DNA of 64,000 nt from Candidatus Latescibacterota bacterium (GTDB lineage Bacteria; Latescibacterota; UBA2968; GCA-2709665): assembly GCA_965226795.1 (NCBI GenBank), contig CBDDDZ010000004.1, forward strand, positions 544,001 to 608,000, written 5' to 3'. Below, one piece after another: positions 47,528 through 57,016 of this stretch. The stretch's first letter is position 1. The number at the start of each line of letters is the position of its first letter. The notes below the pieces were generated by a model. It searched no databases. It saw only the letters and a list, made by a program, of their open reading frames with translations, and was not told the DNA's origin. Position numbers and translations under genes: made by a program.

Positions 47528-48919
47528 ATGAATACCGATGACCTCGTGGCCGCATCGCGCCACCTCTGGCAGAACTATTTCCACGGCGCGCAGCCCGAAA
47601 AACGACCAATGACGATTACCCATGGCAAAGGCCTCTACATTTACGACGCCGAGGGTAACGAATACCTGGACACCTTTGCCTCCCTGCTCACGACGCTGTG
47701 CGGCCACGGTCGATCGGAAGTCATCGGCGCGGTCAACAGACAGATGGGGAAATTGGCCTACTTTCCCGGCGGCCAGGACTACCTGATCGAGCCGGCTGTC
47801 AGACTGGCCGCAAAGTTGGCCGAAATCGCCCCTGAAAACCTCTCCGTCTCATTCCTTGTTAACGACGGCTCGGAAGCCAATGAGGCGGCCATTAAACTGG
47901 CGCGCAGCTATTACTGGGCCAAAGGCGAAAAAAACCGCTTTAAGGTCATATTTCGCAGGGGTTCGTATCACGGCGCCACCCTCGGCGCGCTCTCGGCCAC
48001 CGGTCTGGCCGGCACACGCGAGCCCTATGAACCGCTACTGCCGGGGTTCACCCATGCCATGCCGGCGCATTGTTACCGCTGTGAACTCGGCCTGGATCCG
48101 GACACCTGTGCGCTGGCCTGCTTCAAGAATCTGGTCTCCATTCTGGAATGGGAGGGACCCCAATCCGTCGCCGCCGTCATTATGGACCCAATCCCCGGCT
48201 CCAACACGGGATTTTCCCTTCCCCCCGATGGATATCTCAAGGGCGTGCGCGACTTGTGCAACAGGCATGGCATCCTGCTTATTTTCGATGAAGTTCAGAC
48301 CGGGTTCGGCCGCACCGGAAAGATGTTCGCCTGTGAGAACTGGAACGTCGCGCCTGACATTATGACCGTCGCGAAGGGTATCTCCGGTGGTTATCTGCCC
48401 ATCGGCGCCGCCATTGCAACGGAGGAGATCGCTGAAACCATTCGAAGGGCCGGCACGGGATTCCGTCACATCCACACCTTTTCCGGCCACGCAGCCGCCT
48501 GCGCGGCCGCACTGGCCCATATAGAAATCATCCAGAACGAGAACCTCGTGCAACGCGCCGCCGAACTGGGCGATTATCTCCAGAAACGGTTGGAAGAACT
48601 CTGCCAGTATCCTCTGGTGGGAAGTATTCGCGGTCTCGGGACCCTCTGGGCCGTCGAACTCGTGGCGAACCGGGAAACCAGGGCGCCTCTGGACCCTCCC
48701 GGAAAAGCGGGCAGCTTTATCGCCGATTACTGCCGGAAATCCGGCGTGATCCTGCGCAACAACGGCGACATCCTTGTCCTGGCGCCCGCCCTCGTGATGA
48801 CCTTCGCGCAGGCAGACAGGATTCTCAATCTGCTGCATAGCGCCATAGATTCGGCGATGAGTCATTGTGAACAAAGAGCAGACGGCCTTCAGTGGATCAC
48901 GGAAGCGTCCGGGAATTAG
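47528..48919 (+). CDS. Class III (omega) aminotransferase
   Basis: GSEANEAAIK, SYHG, FDEVQTGFGRTG, VAKGISGGYLP. Confidence 0.93.
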   Translation: MNTDDLVAASRHLWQNYFHGAQPEKRPMTITHGKGLYIYDAEGNEYLDTFASLLTTLCGHGRSEVIGAVNRQMGKLAYFPGGQDYLIEPAVRLAAKLAEIAPENLSVSFLVNDGSEANEAAIKLARSYYWAKGEKNRFKVIFRRGSYHGATLGALSATGLAGTREPYEPLLPGFTHAMPAHCYRCELGLDPDTCALACFKNLVSILEWEGPQSVAAVIMDPIPGSNTGFSLPPDGYLKGVRDLCNRHGILLIFDEVQTGFGRTGKMFACENWNVAPDIMTVAKGISGGYLPIGAAIATEEIAETIRRAGTGFRHIHTFSGHAAACAAALAHIEIIQNENLVQRAAELGDYLQKRLEELCQYPLVGSIRGLGTLWAVELVANRETRAPLDPPGKAGSFIADYCRKSGVILRNNGDILVLAPALVMTFAQADRILNLLHSAIDSAMSHCEQRADGLQWITEASGN

Positions 48920-48985
48920 AGACCGGACCGCCACCCGACCCCGCGTGGCGCCGCCTCTCCCTTCCTGCCGCGGGAGAAAAACCCA

Positions 48986-49984
48986 ATGATGCCTCACAAA
49001 GGAAAATGCCTCGAGATGCTCCGACGGATGTACCGTATCCGCTTTTTCGAGGAGCAGGTGAGAACTCACTACGACTATACCAGCTATCTTCGCGAAAATC
49101 CAGAAAGCGAAGGGGTCATCTCTGGCGCGGCCCACTTGGCTATCGGCCAGGAAGCCGCGGAGGTCGGTGTCTGCGCCACACTCGAACCGGACGACTTCGT
49201 GGCCAGCACACACCGGGGTCATGGCCATGCCATTGCCAAAGGCGCAGATCTCAAGCCGATGATGGCCGAGTTAATGGGGCGGAAACGCGGGTACAGCGGC
49301 GGATGCGGAGGCTCCATGCACATCTTCAGTACCGAACTCGGACTGATTGGAGGCAACGGAATCGTGGGCGCTCAAATCCCCATCGCCACCGGCGCGGCTT
49401 TCTCCGCCAAATACCGTGGAACACGTCAGGTGGCCGTCGCTTTTTTCAGTGAGGGGGCCGCCAATCAGGGCGCGTTTCACGAAGCCCTTAACATGGCCGC
49501 TCTCTGGAACCTGCCAGCGGTCTACGTCTGCGAAAATAACCTCTACGCCGCCACCACGCCCGCTTCCATAACGCTCTCGCCTCCCGATGTTGCCGCCAGG
49601 GCGGCCGCTTATGACATGCCGGGCTTCATCGTAGATGGCCAGGACATCCTCGCGGTGTATCATATTGCGTCGGAGGCTGTTGCCAGAGCACGCGCCGGAA
49701 ACGGACCCACACTCGTCGAATGCAAGACCTACCGCTTTGTGAGCCACGCAGGCGGCGGCAAATCCGCCCACAACAACCCGGAGGAGCTGGAAACCTGGAG
49801 ACGCAAGGACCCGATCGTCCTCTTCGAACGCAAGCTCACTGGCGCCGGATTCCTCACTGTCGGGGAGAAACAGACCATCATTTCCGAAGCCAGAGCTGCA
49901 GCGCGCGAGGCCGTCGTCTACGGCAAACAATCACCCTATCCTGAATTCGAAGATATGCCTGTCACCTCAGGGGTCGCGCTTTAG
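48986..49984 (+). CDS. TPP-dependent dehydrogenase E1 alpha (acetoin/pyruvate DH-like)
   Basis: HLAIGQEA, THRGHGH, GGSMH, SEGAANQG..HEALN..CENN. Confidence 0.92.
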   Translation: MMPHKGKCLEMLRRMYRIRFFEEQVRTHYDYTSYLRENPESEGVISGAAHLAIGQEAAEVGVCATLEPDDFVASTHRGHGHAIAKGADLKPMMAELMGRKRGYSGGCGGSMHIFSTELGLIGGNGIVGAQIPIATGAAFSAKYRGTRQVAVAFFSEGAANQGAFHEALNMAALWNLPAVYVCENNLYAATTPASITLSPPDVAARAAAYDMPGFIVDGQDILAVYHIASEAVARARAGNGPTLVECKTYRFVSHAGGGKSAHNNPEELETWRRKDPIVLFERKLTGAGFLTVGEKQTIISEARAAAREAVVYGKQSPYPEFEDMPVTSGVAL

Positions 49985-50052
49985 CACGTGTGCAAGTGTT
50001 CCCATCCGGATAGGTCAACCTGAACTCGCATTAGACATTTGGAGGCCGTTCA

Positions 50053-51015
50053 TTGCCCCACGTCACGTACGCCCAGGCCATTAATGACGCCATTCGAGAA
50101 GAGATCGCCCGCGACGAGCGTGTCTTCACCATCGGTGAGGATATCGGTCCGGTCCGCGATCCTGAAAGACTCTGGGACCAGTTCCGCAAACGCCGCACGT
50201 GGCAGACGCCCATATCCGAATCGGGCTTTGTCGGATTGGCGGTCGGCGCCGCCATGACCGGCCTGCGTCCGGTCGCCGTCATCATGTATTGTGACTTTGT
50301 CACCGTTTGCATGGATCCCATTGTCAACCAGGCTGCCAAAATCCATCTGATGTCCGGCGGCAACGTCAATGTCCCGCTGGTGATCCGTACTCCTGGCGGC
50401 GCCGGCACGCGGGAGGCCGGTCATCACAGCCAGAGCCTCGAGAGTTGGTTCGTGCATACTCCGGGACTGAAGGTGGTAATGCCGGCCACGGCCGCCGACG
50501 CCAAGGGCCTGATGAAATCCAGCATCCGCGACGACGGCCCGGTTGTTTTCATTCAGCACCGACTGCTGGGCGAAATCGAGCAGGCCGTGCCGGAAGGCGA
50601 TCACGTCGTTCCCCTGGGTACGGCCGACGTCAAACGCAAGGGCGTCGATGTTACCGTTGTCGCCATCTCCTACGCGTTGCCGAAGACACTTCAAGCGGCT
50701 GAATTCCTGGACGCGGAGATCAGCGTCGAAGTGATCGACCCCCGTACACTGGTCCCTCTGGATGTGGACACGATTCTGCGTTCAGTAAAAAAGACCGGCC
50801 GCCTCCTGGTTGTACACGACGCGCCGGCGCGGGGTGGTGTCGGTGCGGAAGTCGTCCGCCAGGTTGCCGAACGGGGTTTTGAACACCTTCGCAAACCCCC
50901 TAAGGTTCTTGGCGGCCTGAATACGCCAATGCCGTACAGCGCCTCGCTCGAAGATGCCTGTCTGCCTCAGCCTGAGGACATCGCCAACACGATCAGAAAC
51001 TGCGTGCGTGGTTAG
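50053..51015 (+). CDS. TPP-dependent dehydrogenase E1 beta
   Basis: GEDIG, TPISE, HHSQSLE, DPRTLVPLD. Confidence 0.92.
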   Translation: MPHVTYAQAINDAIREEIARDERVFTIGEDIGPVRDPERLWDQFRKRRTWQTPISESGFVGLAVGAAMTGLRPVAVIMYCDFVTVCMDPIVNQAAKIHLMSGGNVNVPLVIRTPGGAGTREAGHHSQSLESWFVHTPGLKVVMPATAADAKGLMKSSIRDDGPVVFIQHRLLGEIEQAVPEGDHVVPLGTADVKRKGVDVTVVAISYALPKTLQAAEFLDAEISVEVIDPRTLVPLDVDTILRSVKKTGRLLVVHDAPARGGVGAEVVRQVAERGFEHLRKPPKVLGGLNTPMPYSASLEDACLPQPEDIANTIRNCVRG

Positions 51016-51187
51016 TCCTATTCGGTAAAAGACGCCGGAAGCCTCCTCTACACCCTCTCACGTCAGCACCCCCTCCTCGAACTTCGGCGAACGCAACAAC
51101 CCCCATTCGCTACGTTGCCGCCGCAGATCCATCCGCAAAATGCGTCCGTCGCCCGTGCGCCCACACTCTCAGAAAGCGGGTGTGAAG

Positions 51188-51756
51188 GTGGGGCAGACAT
51201 TCCTGTCTGGCCGCGTCACACAGCATCCCCCGTCATGGAGAATCAGGGCAGGTTTGAAACCTGCCCCTACGGTCGGACCGTCGAGCCCGAATTGGAACTT
51301 TTCATCGGAACTGACTTGGGAATCTTCGACTCCGATCAGAATGATGGTTCGGCCGATCGGCAGGTTTTTGAAATCCGCCACATTCTTCACCCGAACTGTC
51401 ATCCTGAGGAAGCCGCCAGGCTGACGAAGGATCTCCTGCGGCATTGGATGATGGCCCAGCGTCTGTCATTCGTCACCACCTGACAGGCAGCACCAAAGCT
51501 GCCTTTTTGCAGCGGCGGCATCCATCCGCGCGAAGCAGGCAGACGGATAGGCGCCCGCACCCTGAGCCTGTCGAAGCGTCGGCGAAGGGTGGTCCCTGAA
51601 CCCGTCGTAGGGTAGCCGAGACACGGTCCAATCACTCGCTCATTGAGGAGGAGTCGGAGAAGCCGAGCCCACCGGCAACGGCTCGACAAGCCAAAATCGG
51701 GTGTGGCGATGATCGATTCTTGGTATCTGTAGGGGCGACCGGCCGGTCGCCCCTAC
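51188..51756. repeat. Cluster of different REP-like palindromes
   Basis: GTGGGGCAGACATTCCTGTCTG (51188); AGGGCAGGTTTGAAACCTGCCCCTAC (51245-51270); TGTCATCCTGAG..GAAGGATCTC (51397-51435); CCTGAGCCTGTCGAAG (51561); perfect 28-bp GTAGGGGCGACCGGCCGGTCGCCCCTAC (51729-51756). Confidence 0.75.
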
Positions 51757-52199
51757 GTCTCGTTACGCCCTCACCGGCCCTGCCGCGTCACGCAGCCGCC
51801 GCCGCTGGGGAGGGTCACCACAGCGAATTCATCCACGGGTCCGACGTCAATAAACCGGCTTGACGTTCATCTCTTGCGAATAAAGAAAATCACGTGAATC
51901 ACTACGAATTTGTAGATCAAAAATCAAAAAGTATATAAAATAAGCACTTGTATAAATTAAATTCATTTATCACATTACGGGTTCTGCCTTTTGCGGTTTG
52001 TTGGAAGAGCACTTATTCTCATTGACCACGACGTATCACGACTAATTTACCGTCGGTTCCCTGGCCGGCCTGCGTCGAAGACCGACGGTTATCCTGGAAG
52101 GCGCACATCCCTTCTTGTCCCGCGGCGCTAACGCGCCGTGAGATTGGGTGCGGCCCTTGCCAATTGGAAGGTACCCTGGTATGCCTCGCGCGGCTTCGC

Positions 52200-52400
52200 T
52201 TTGCTTCGCCAACGCCGGCGCTTGCCCTTCACCAACACCTCTGCATCGGGAACCTGTTTGGACAGGTCGGCAACATGCGCCTTGACCTTCGATGCCTTCA
52301 TCCCGTTCTGTCCAGACGTCGCTACAGATGCATCCATCATCGTTCAGCGCTCCTTCGCCCTCTACATTGCTCTCTAATTATTATGGGGGAAATTGTCTCA
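52200..52400 (-). mobile_element. Probable IS3-family remnant (left end and start of OrfA)
   Basis: Translation VPDAEVLVKGKRRR resembles the PDPEV..RRR start of IS3 OrfA proteins, then breaks off; TG-initiated end-like sequence at 52400. Confidence 0.45.
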
Positions 52401-52985
52401 TTAATATAGGCACAGAGGGCGCAACCGACGCCATCTTCGCCGGCCTCCATGGGTAGATCCGGCAAGAATGGAAGTCCGACATGCCGGCAATGATAACGGT
52501 CAATTCTCCAAAGGAGGTAAATCATGCCGGAAATAAGGAAAAGCTTTGTCGTCTTTTTTTTTCCGGGTTTTCCACGGTCGTCTCTCTGTCCTCGGTACGG
52601 GCCTCGATCGAATTGCCACCTGAAATGATGGCCGATAAATACCTGATCAAGGCGTAACAGCTACAGGCAGAAAGGGACTATGCGGGCGCCATCAAGGTGA
52701 TGGAAGAGATCATCGCCCTTCAGAAGCGGCACAATTTCAAGTTGCCGGACGGCTTTCACTTCAAGTATGCGCGAATAGCCCTTTCTGCAGGTTCGGCCAT
52801 GATCGCAATCGATTCGATCGGTAAGTATCTGGCAGCGACCGGGAGAGAGGGCGAGTTCTACAGGGACGCGTTAGCGCTATTGCTTGAGGCTGAAGCAACT
52901 TAGATCAGAGTCGAAGAAACCTGCACCGGCAAGCCACGAGGCTCCTCGTGCTGGAGGGAGCTGGCCAACCTTCCTCAATGGGACA

Positions 52986-53069
52986 ACGGTGACCTGGTCC
53001 GGCAACCGTTATGGCAGCTATTTCGTTGAGGAACAGACGGTGACCTGGTCCGGCAACCGTTATGGCAGC
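52986..53069 (+). repeat. 33-bp direct repeat (52986-53018 and 53037-53069)
   Basis: ACGGTGACCTGGTCCGGCAACCGTTATGGCAGC twice, 51-bp period. Confidence 0.9.
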
Positions 53070-53100
53070 GTCGCGCACGGGCAGGGAACGCTGATCTGGG

Positions 53101-53426
53101 CTAGGGGCGGCGAAATGTACTCGTGGACGGGTCGTCTTGAGAGAGGCAAGAAGCAAGGCCATTGGGTCGTGCGAGGCAGGGGGACGTCCGATGGTTCTTT
53201 CGTGGATGGGAAACGACACGGGCATTGGGTCACACGGTGGGATGACATGGGAAAGATCAAGTTATTTTAGGGACATAACACTAGGGGCGGCGAAATGTAC
53301 TCGTGGACGGGTCGTCTTGAGAGAGGCAAGAAGCAAGGCCATTGGGTCGTGCGAGGCAGGGGGACGTCCGATGGTTCTTTCGTGGATGGGAAACGACACG
53401 GGCATTGGGTCACACGGTGGGATGAC
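53101..53426 (+). repeat. Perfect 146-bp direct repeat separated by a 34-bp AT-rich spacer
   Basis: 53101-53246 is identical to 53281-53426. Confidence 0.95.
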
Positions 53427-53769
53427 GGAGATAAACAAAAAGGCGATTATGTCGCCGGAAAGGAAGAAGGTCGGTTTAGTTTTCGTTCGCGGAGGCCGCC
53501 GGGAGAAAGATGCAGTTCTGCTACATTTCGAAATGGCGATCGAGTAACGGAATGGAATTACTTAAATGATTCAGTGTGTGATTTTTAGCGGAATCAACCG
53601 CGATTTTGCCGCGAGAATGAGAGCTTTGCAGGCGTAGTCGTGTCAGTGAAAAATCACCCGATCATCGGTCGCGCTACGAAGATTGCATCACCCACAATGG
53701 CGCAGATAACATCCTCTGTAACGATTTGCGACACATCCGTTTCCGTCCCGCCGGTCCCATGCTTTCGCG

Positions 53770-53972
53770 GGTTGGTGGGGCTGAACAACCTCCAGACCCT
53801 AGATCTAGGACAAAACCGCGTTGCGGACATTTCACAACTTGCGAGGTTCGAAAATCTTACGCGGCTGATCGTCCGAGGGAATCCCCTGTCAGGGAAATCA
53901 ATACAGACGCATATTTCTGGTTTTCGGAAGCGAGGGATTCGGGTGGCATGGGAAAAGCCGGTCGCGAAATGA
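53770..53972 (+). pseudogene. C-terminal fragment of an internalin-type LRR protein
   Basis: LVGLNNLQTLDLGQNRVADISQLARFENLTRLIVRGNPLS...RKRGIRV with no credible N-terminus. Confidence 0.7.
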
Positions 53973-54100
53973 CCGGGCGGCGTTTCGCAGACGCGAATAT
54001 ATCCAGGACTGGGTACTTTGACTGCCGCGCGGTGCAACGCCTTGAGGCGCTGCACGTCGTCGATAGTCTCAATCCGAGCGGCGTACGGATGCGACGCAGG

Positions 54101-57016
54101 CTATATACGTGTCCGTCCCTTTTTTTTAACAACTGTTGAACGCCCTGGCCGCTTTTCCAGGACATTCCGCGTATATTTGCAGTTGGGCCAATTCGAACAA
54201 CCGATAAACAGTCCATATTTTCCACTCTTCTCCTGCAGCCATCCAAAGCACGTCGGACATCCCTCAACGGCCTGCCGGCAGTCTCGGCAACGGTAGTTCC
54301 CATCAGCTTTCGCCAGTAATCCAGTCCTGCAATGGGGACACCCGGACTGTCGATACTCGCAATATGGCCAGTGCGAACAACCGTAGAATATCCCCCTGTC
54401 CTGAGCGCTACCTCTCCGCTGCAGCCTTCCATGGATGCATTTGGGGCACGGTACATCCCGTTTCGGTTGCTTTCCATGAACCTTTACGTCATAACCGTCC
54501 TTCATCAACTCCTCGACGAAAGCCGAAGGCGTTCCGATATCGACAACGAGATAGACGCCGCGCCTGGCGCGAGTGACCGCGACATAGAACAGGCGGCGCT
54601 CCTCGGCGTTTGGATATGCTTCTGGCGCAGCCTGAACGAGATCCAGTAGCGGGTCGTCATCGATCTCGGTGGGGAAGCCGTACTTTCCGGAGCACAGGTC
54701 GAGCACCACCACATAGTCGGCCTCAAGGCCTTTGGAGCCGTGTACAGTCATGAAAGAGAGTTGAAGATTGAAATGTGCTCGCGCCAACGCGCCCATATTC
54801 TGAGGCCTGGTGTGCCTGTACCGGCCCAGCAGCAGAACCGTAGAGTACTCGTCGTCCTCGGCTGCATGAGCGGCAATTGCGTTCAACGCCTCCGCCAAAG
54901 GATCGGGACACGTTTCTCGGGCGAACATTACATGCACGCATGGTTCGTCTGCATTAAAGATGGACGAAACACGCTTGCGGATCTGTGCGGGATTGCTAAG
55001 CACGAATCGGGTTGCGAGATCGGCGATACGATCCGTGCACCTGAACGTCGTTTCCAGGTTGACGCGTTCGCCCTCGCCAAAGCGCGCCGTGAACTCTCGC
55101 ATGATGGCGATGTCCGAACCCGCAAATCGGTAGATGGCCTGCCAATCGTCGCCGACCGCAAACAACTGTGCGGTGTTCGATGTGTCCAGCAACGCCTTCA
55201 GCAGTCGCGCTCTCCCGGCCGAAATATCCTGAAACTCATCGACGAGTATGTAGCCAAACCTATTGCGGTAACGCCCGCTCTGCACATGTTCCGTCGCGTT
55301 GGTGATCATGTCGTGGAAATCGATTTGCCGCAGCCGTGCAAGCGATTCCTGGTAGCGCTCATATACCGGAATGAAAACGGTCAGGAAAGCATCGGCCCGA
55401 GGACGGTTTCGAGCCCTGGCAGCGCGACGGGCCACGTCGTTTGCCGATAGTTGCGCACCCTTGTAGTGATGGAGGAACGTCGCAACCAGACGCGTGAAAG
55501 GATCGATTCGACCTTGCTGTTCGAGGACGGAGAAGGTGTCCTGGGATGGGATCGGAGATAGCGTTACCCCATGGACGGCCAATTTTTCCGCCAGGTTCTC
55601 GGTCAGTCTGCCCGCATCCTTTTCGTGACTATAGGTCTCCACGAGAACCGTACCATGTTCCGCATGCAGCCGTCTTTTCCAGTCCAATGACCTGAGGTAT
55701 TCGTCGCGATCGATAAAGGGAGGCGTTTTATTCGATTCCGAGAGTGCAATATGCTCAATGTATATCCCCGCGTCGGGAAGGTAGAAGTCGGGCCGGTATT
55801 GCCTCTTGTCCGACGTGGCGGTTTCGTGTTCGTAGTCGCGTTCGTACTCATAGGGCACACCGTTGAGGTAAAGGAAGTTGGCAATCTCGCATTCTTCGAA
55901 ACTCTTGAGCTTCTCGCCTTGCAGGGACCGGACCCCGTTGTCCCGGAGATAGGCCCAATACTCTCCCTGAGTCTGGAATTCGAACTCGCTTCGATACGGA
56001 GCAAAATGCCCTTCGAACCATCTGAGCATGACCCCGGAGAACCTGGGATCGGCGACGAGGTCGCCAACGATGCCCTTCAGCAGGTCGAACAGGGCTTGTT
56101 CATCTACCGCAGCCTTGGCCACGGCCGGGCGTCTGCGTTCCACCTCGCTGATGATCGACATGCCCAGGCTGTGGAATGTTCGAACCGTGAGTTCGGCGCC
56201 CAACTGAACGCCAAGGCGTTTCCGGACCCTTTCCTTCATTTCTTCCTGGGCATCTTTGGCAAATGCAAGCAGAAGCAGTTCCGATGGGCGCCGGTAACCC
56301 TTATGAATAAGCCAGCCGGCCTTGGCAACGATGACTGACGTCTTGCCGCTTCCGGCGGCTGCAACGACCAGGTTGCGGTCTTCATCGACGACAACCGCTC
56401 TCCGCTGCTCGTCCGTGAGCGGCCTCGCCTCGATCCTTTCGAAGAAATCCCTGGATCGCACCAGTTCGTTGGCCACAAACGTTTCGCAGGCTCTCGCCCG
56501 ACAAACTTCGGAATCATCCGCGAAGTCCTGAATCGCCTTCAGCATTCGGATTTCTGCGATGTCGGATAGTTGTTCGGGCCACTGAGAGGGGAACCGGGCG
56601 ACCACGGCTTTTGCATCTTGCTCGATTGGGGAAAAGACAGTACGCGCCACATACCGCGGCGGGTCGGTAAACTGCGCCAGGCGGTCGTAAACGGATTGAA
56701 TCGTTCCGACATGTTTATCCAGGGCGTCTCGCCACCAGTCGACTCTCCCGCGTATAAGTGCGTCGCTGAACAACTCAGCGTCCGGCTTCGACAGTCCAGA
56801 TACCGTTACATTGCCAGAGACGAAACGTACTTGCAATCCTCCCCAGAACCACCCGTGCGCCACCTCCGCGGTCTCGATTTCCCGAAAGGGGATAACCATC
56901 GACCTGGACGGGTGTTCCAGAATCAATGTTGCACTGTTCAACGTGACCGCTCTGGCATGTCCCGGACGAAGGATCGGGAACACGTACGAGGCCAGGCCGG
57001 ATCGTCCGACGCGCAT
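54101..57016 (-). CDS. helD: UvrD-family DNA helicase IV (HelD-like) with C-terminal topoisomerase-type zinc ribbons
   Basis: AAAGSGKT, VDEFQD, VGDDWQAIYRF, TVHGSKGLEAD, EERRLFYVAVTRAR; CPKC, GCSHWPYC, CPTC, GCSNWPNC. Confidence 0.88.
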   Translation of the reverse strand: MRVGRSGLASYVFPILRPGHARAVTLNSATLILEHPSRSMVIPFREIETAEVAHGWFWGGLQVRFVSGNVTVSGLSKPDAELFSDALIRGRVDWWRDALDKHVGTIQSVYDRLAQFTDPPRYVARTVFSPIEQDAKAVVARFPSQWPEQLSDIAEIRMLKAIQDFADDSEVCRARACETFVANELVRSRDFFERIEARPLTDEQRRAVVVDEDRNLVVAAAGSGKTSVIVAKAGWLIHKGYRRPSELLLLAFAKDAQEEMKERVRKRLGVQLGAELTVRTFHSLGMSIISEVERRRPAVAKAAVDEQALFDLLKGIVGDLVADPRFSGVMLRWFEGHFAPYRSEFEFQTQGEYWAYLRDNGVRSLQGEKLKSFEECEIANFLYLNGVPYEYERDYEHETATSDKRQYRPDFYLPDAGIYIEHIALSESNKTPPFIDRDEYLRSLDWKRRLHAEHGTVLVETYSHEKDAGRLTENLAEKLAVHGVTLSPIPSQDTFSVLEQQGRIDPFTRLVATFLHHYKGAQLSANDVARRAARARNRPRADAFLTVFIPVYERYQESLARLRQIDFHDMITNATEHVQSGRYRNRFGYILVDEFQDISAGRARLLKALLDTSNTAQLFAVGDDWQAIYRFAGSDIAIMREFTARFGEGERVNLETTFRCTDRIADLATRFVLSNPAQIRKRVSSIFNADEPCVHVMFARETCPDPLAEALNAIAAHAAEDDEYSTVLLLGRYRHTRPQNMGALARAHFNLQLSFMTVHGSKGLEADYVVVLDLCSGKYGFPTEIDDDPLLDLVQAAPEAYPNAEERRLFYVAVTRARRGVYLVVDIGTPSAFVEELMKDGYDVKVHGKQPKRDVPCPKCIHGRLQRRGSAQDRGIFYGCSHWPYCEYRQSGCPHCRTGLLAKADGNYRCRDCRQAVEGCPTCFGWLQEKSGKYGLFIGCSNWPNCKYTRNVLEKRPGRSTVVKKKGRTRI

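Larger units (their letters stand above)
52524..53588 (+). pseudogene. Disrupted secreted protein with helical N-domain and MORN-like repeats
   Basis: GGAGG RBS and ATG 52524; frameshift at the T9 run (52554-52562); stops at 52655, 52901 and 53268; another frameshift near 52980; GxFVDGKRHGxW and GKKQGHW repeats; two internal duplications. Confidence 0.8.

Noticed and set aside
51115..51689. Short ORFs in the 51 kb intergenic region
   Set aside because: They read through REP palindromes and show no recognisable protein features.
52986..53426. CRISPR array
   Set aside because: Only two copies of each repeat, the repeats are protein-coding sequence, and no cas genes are present.
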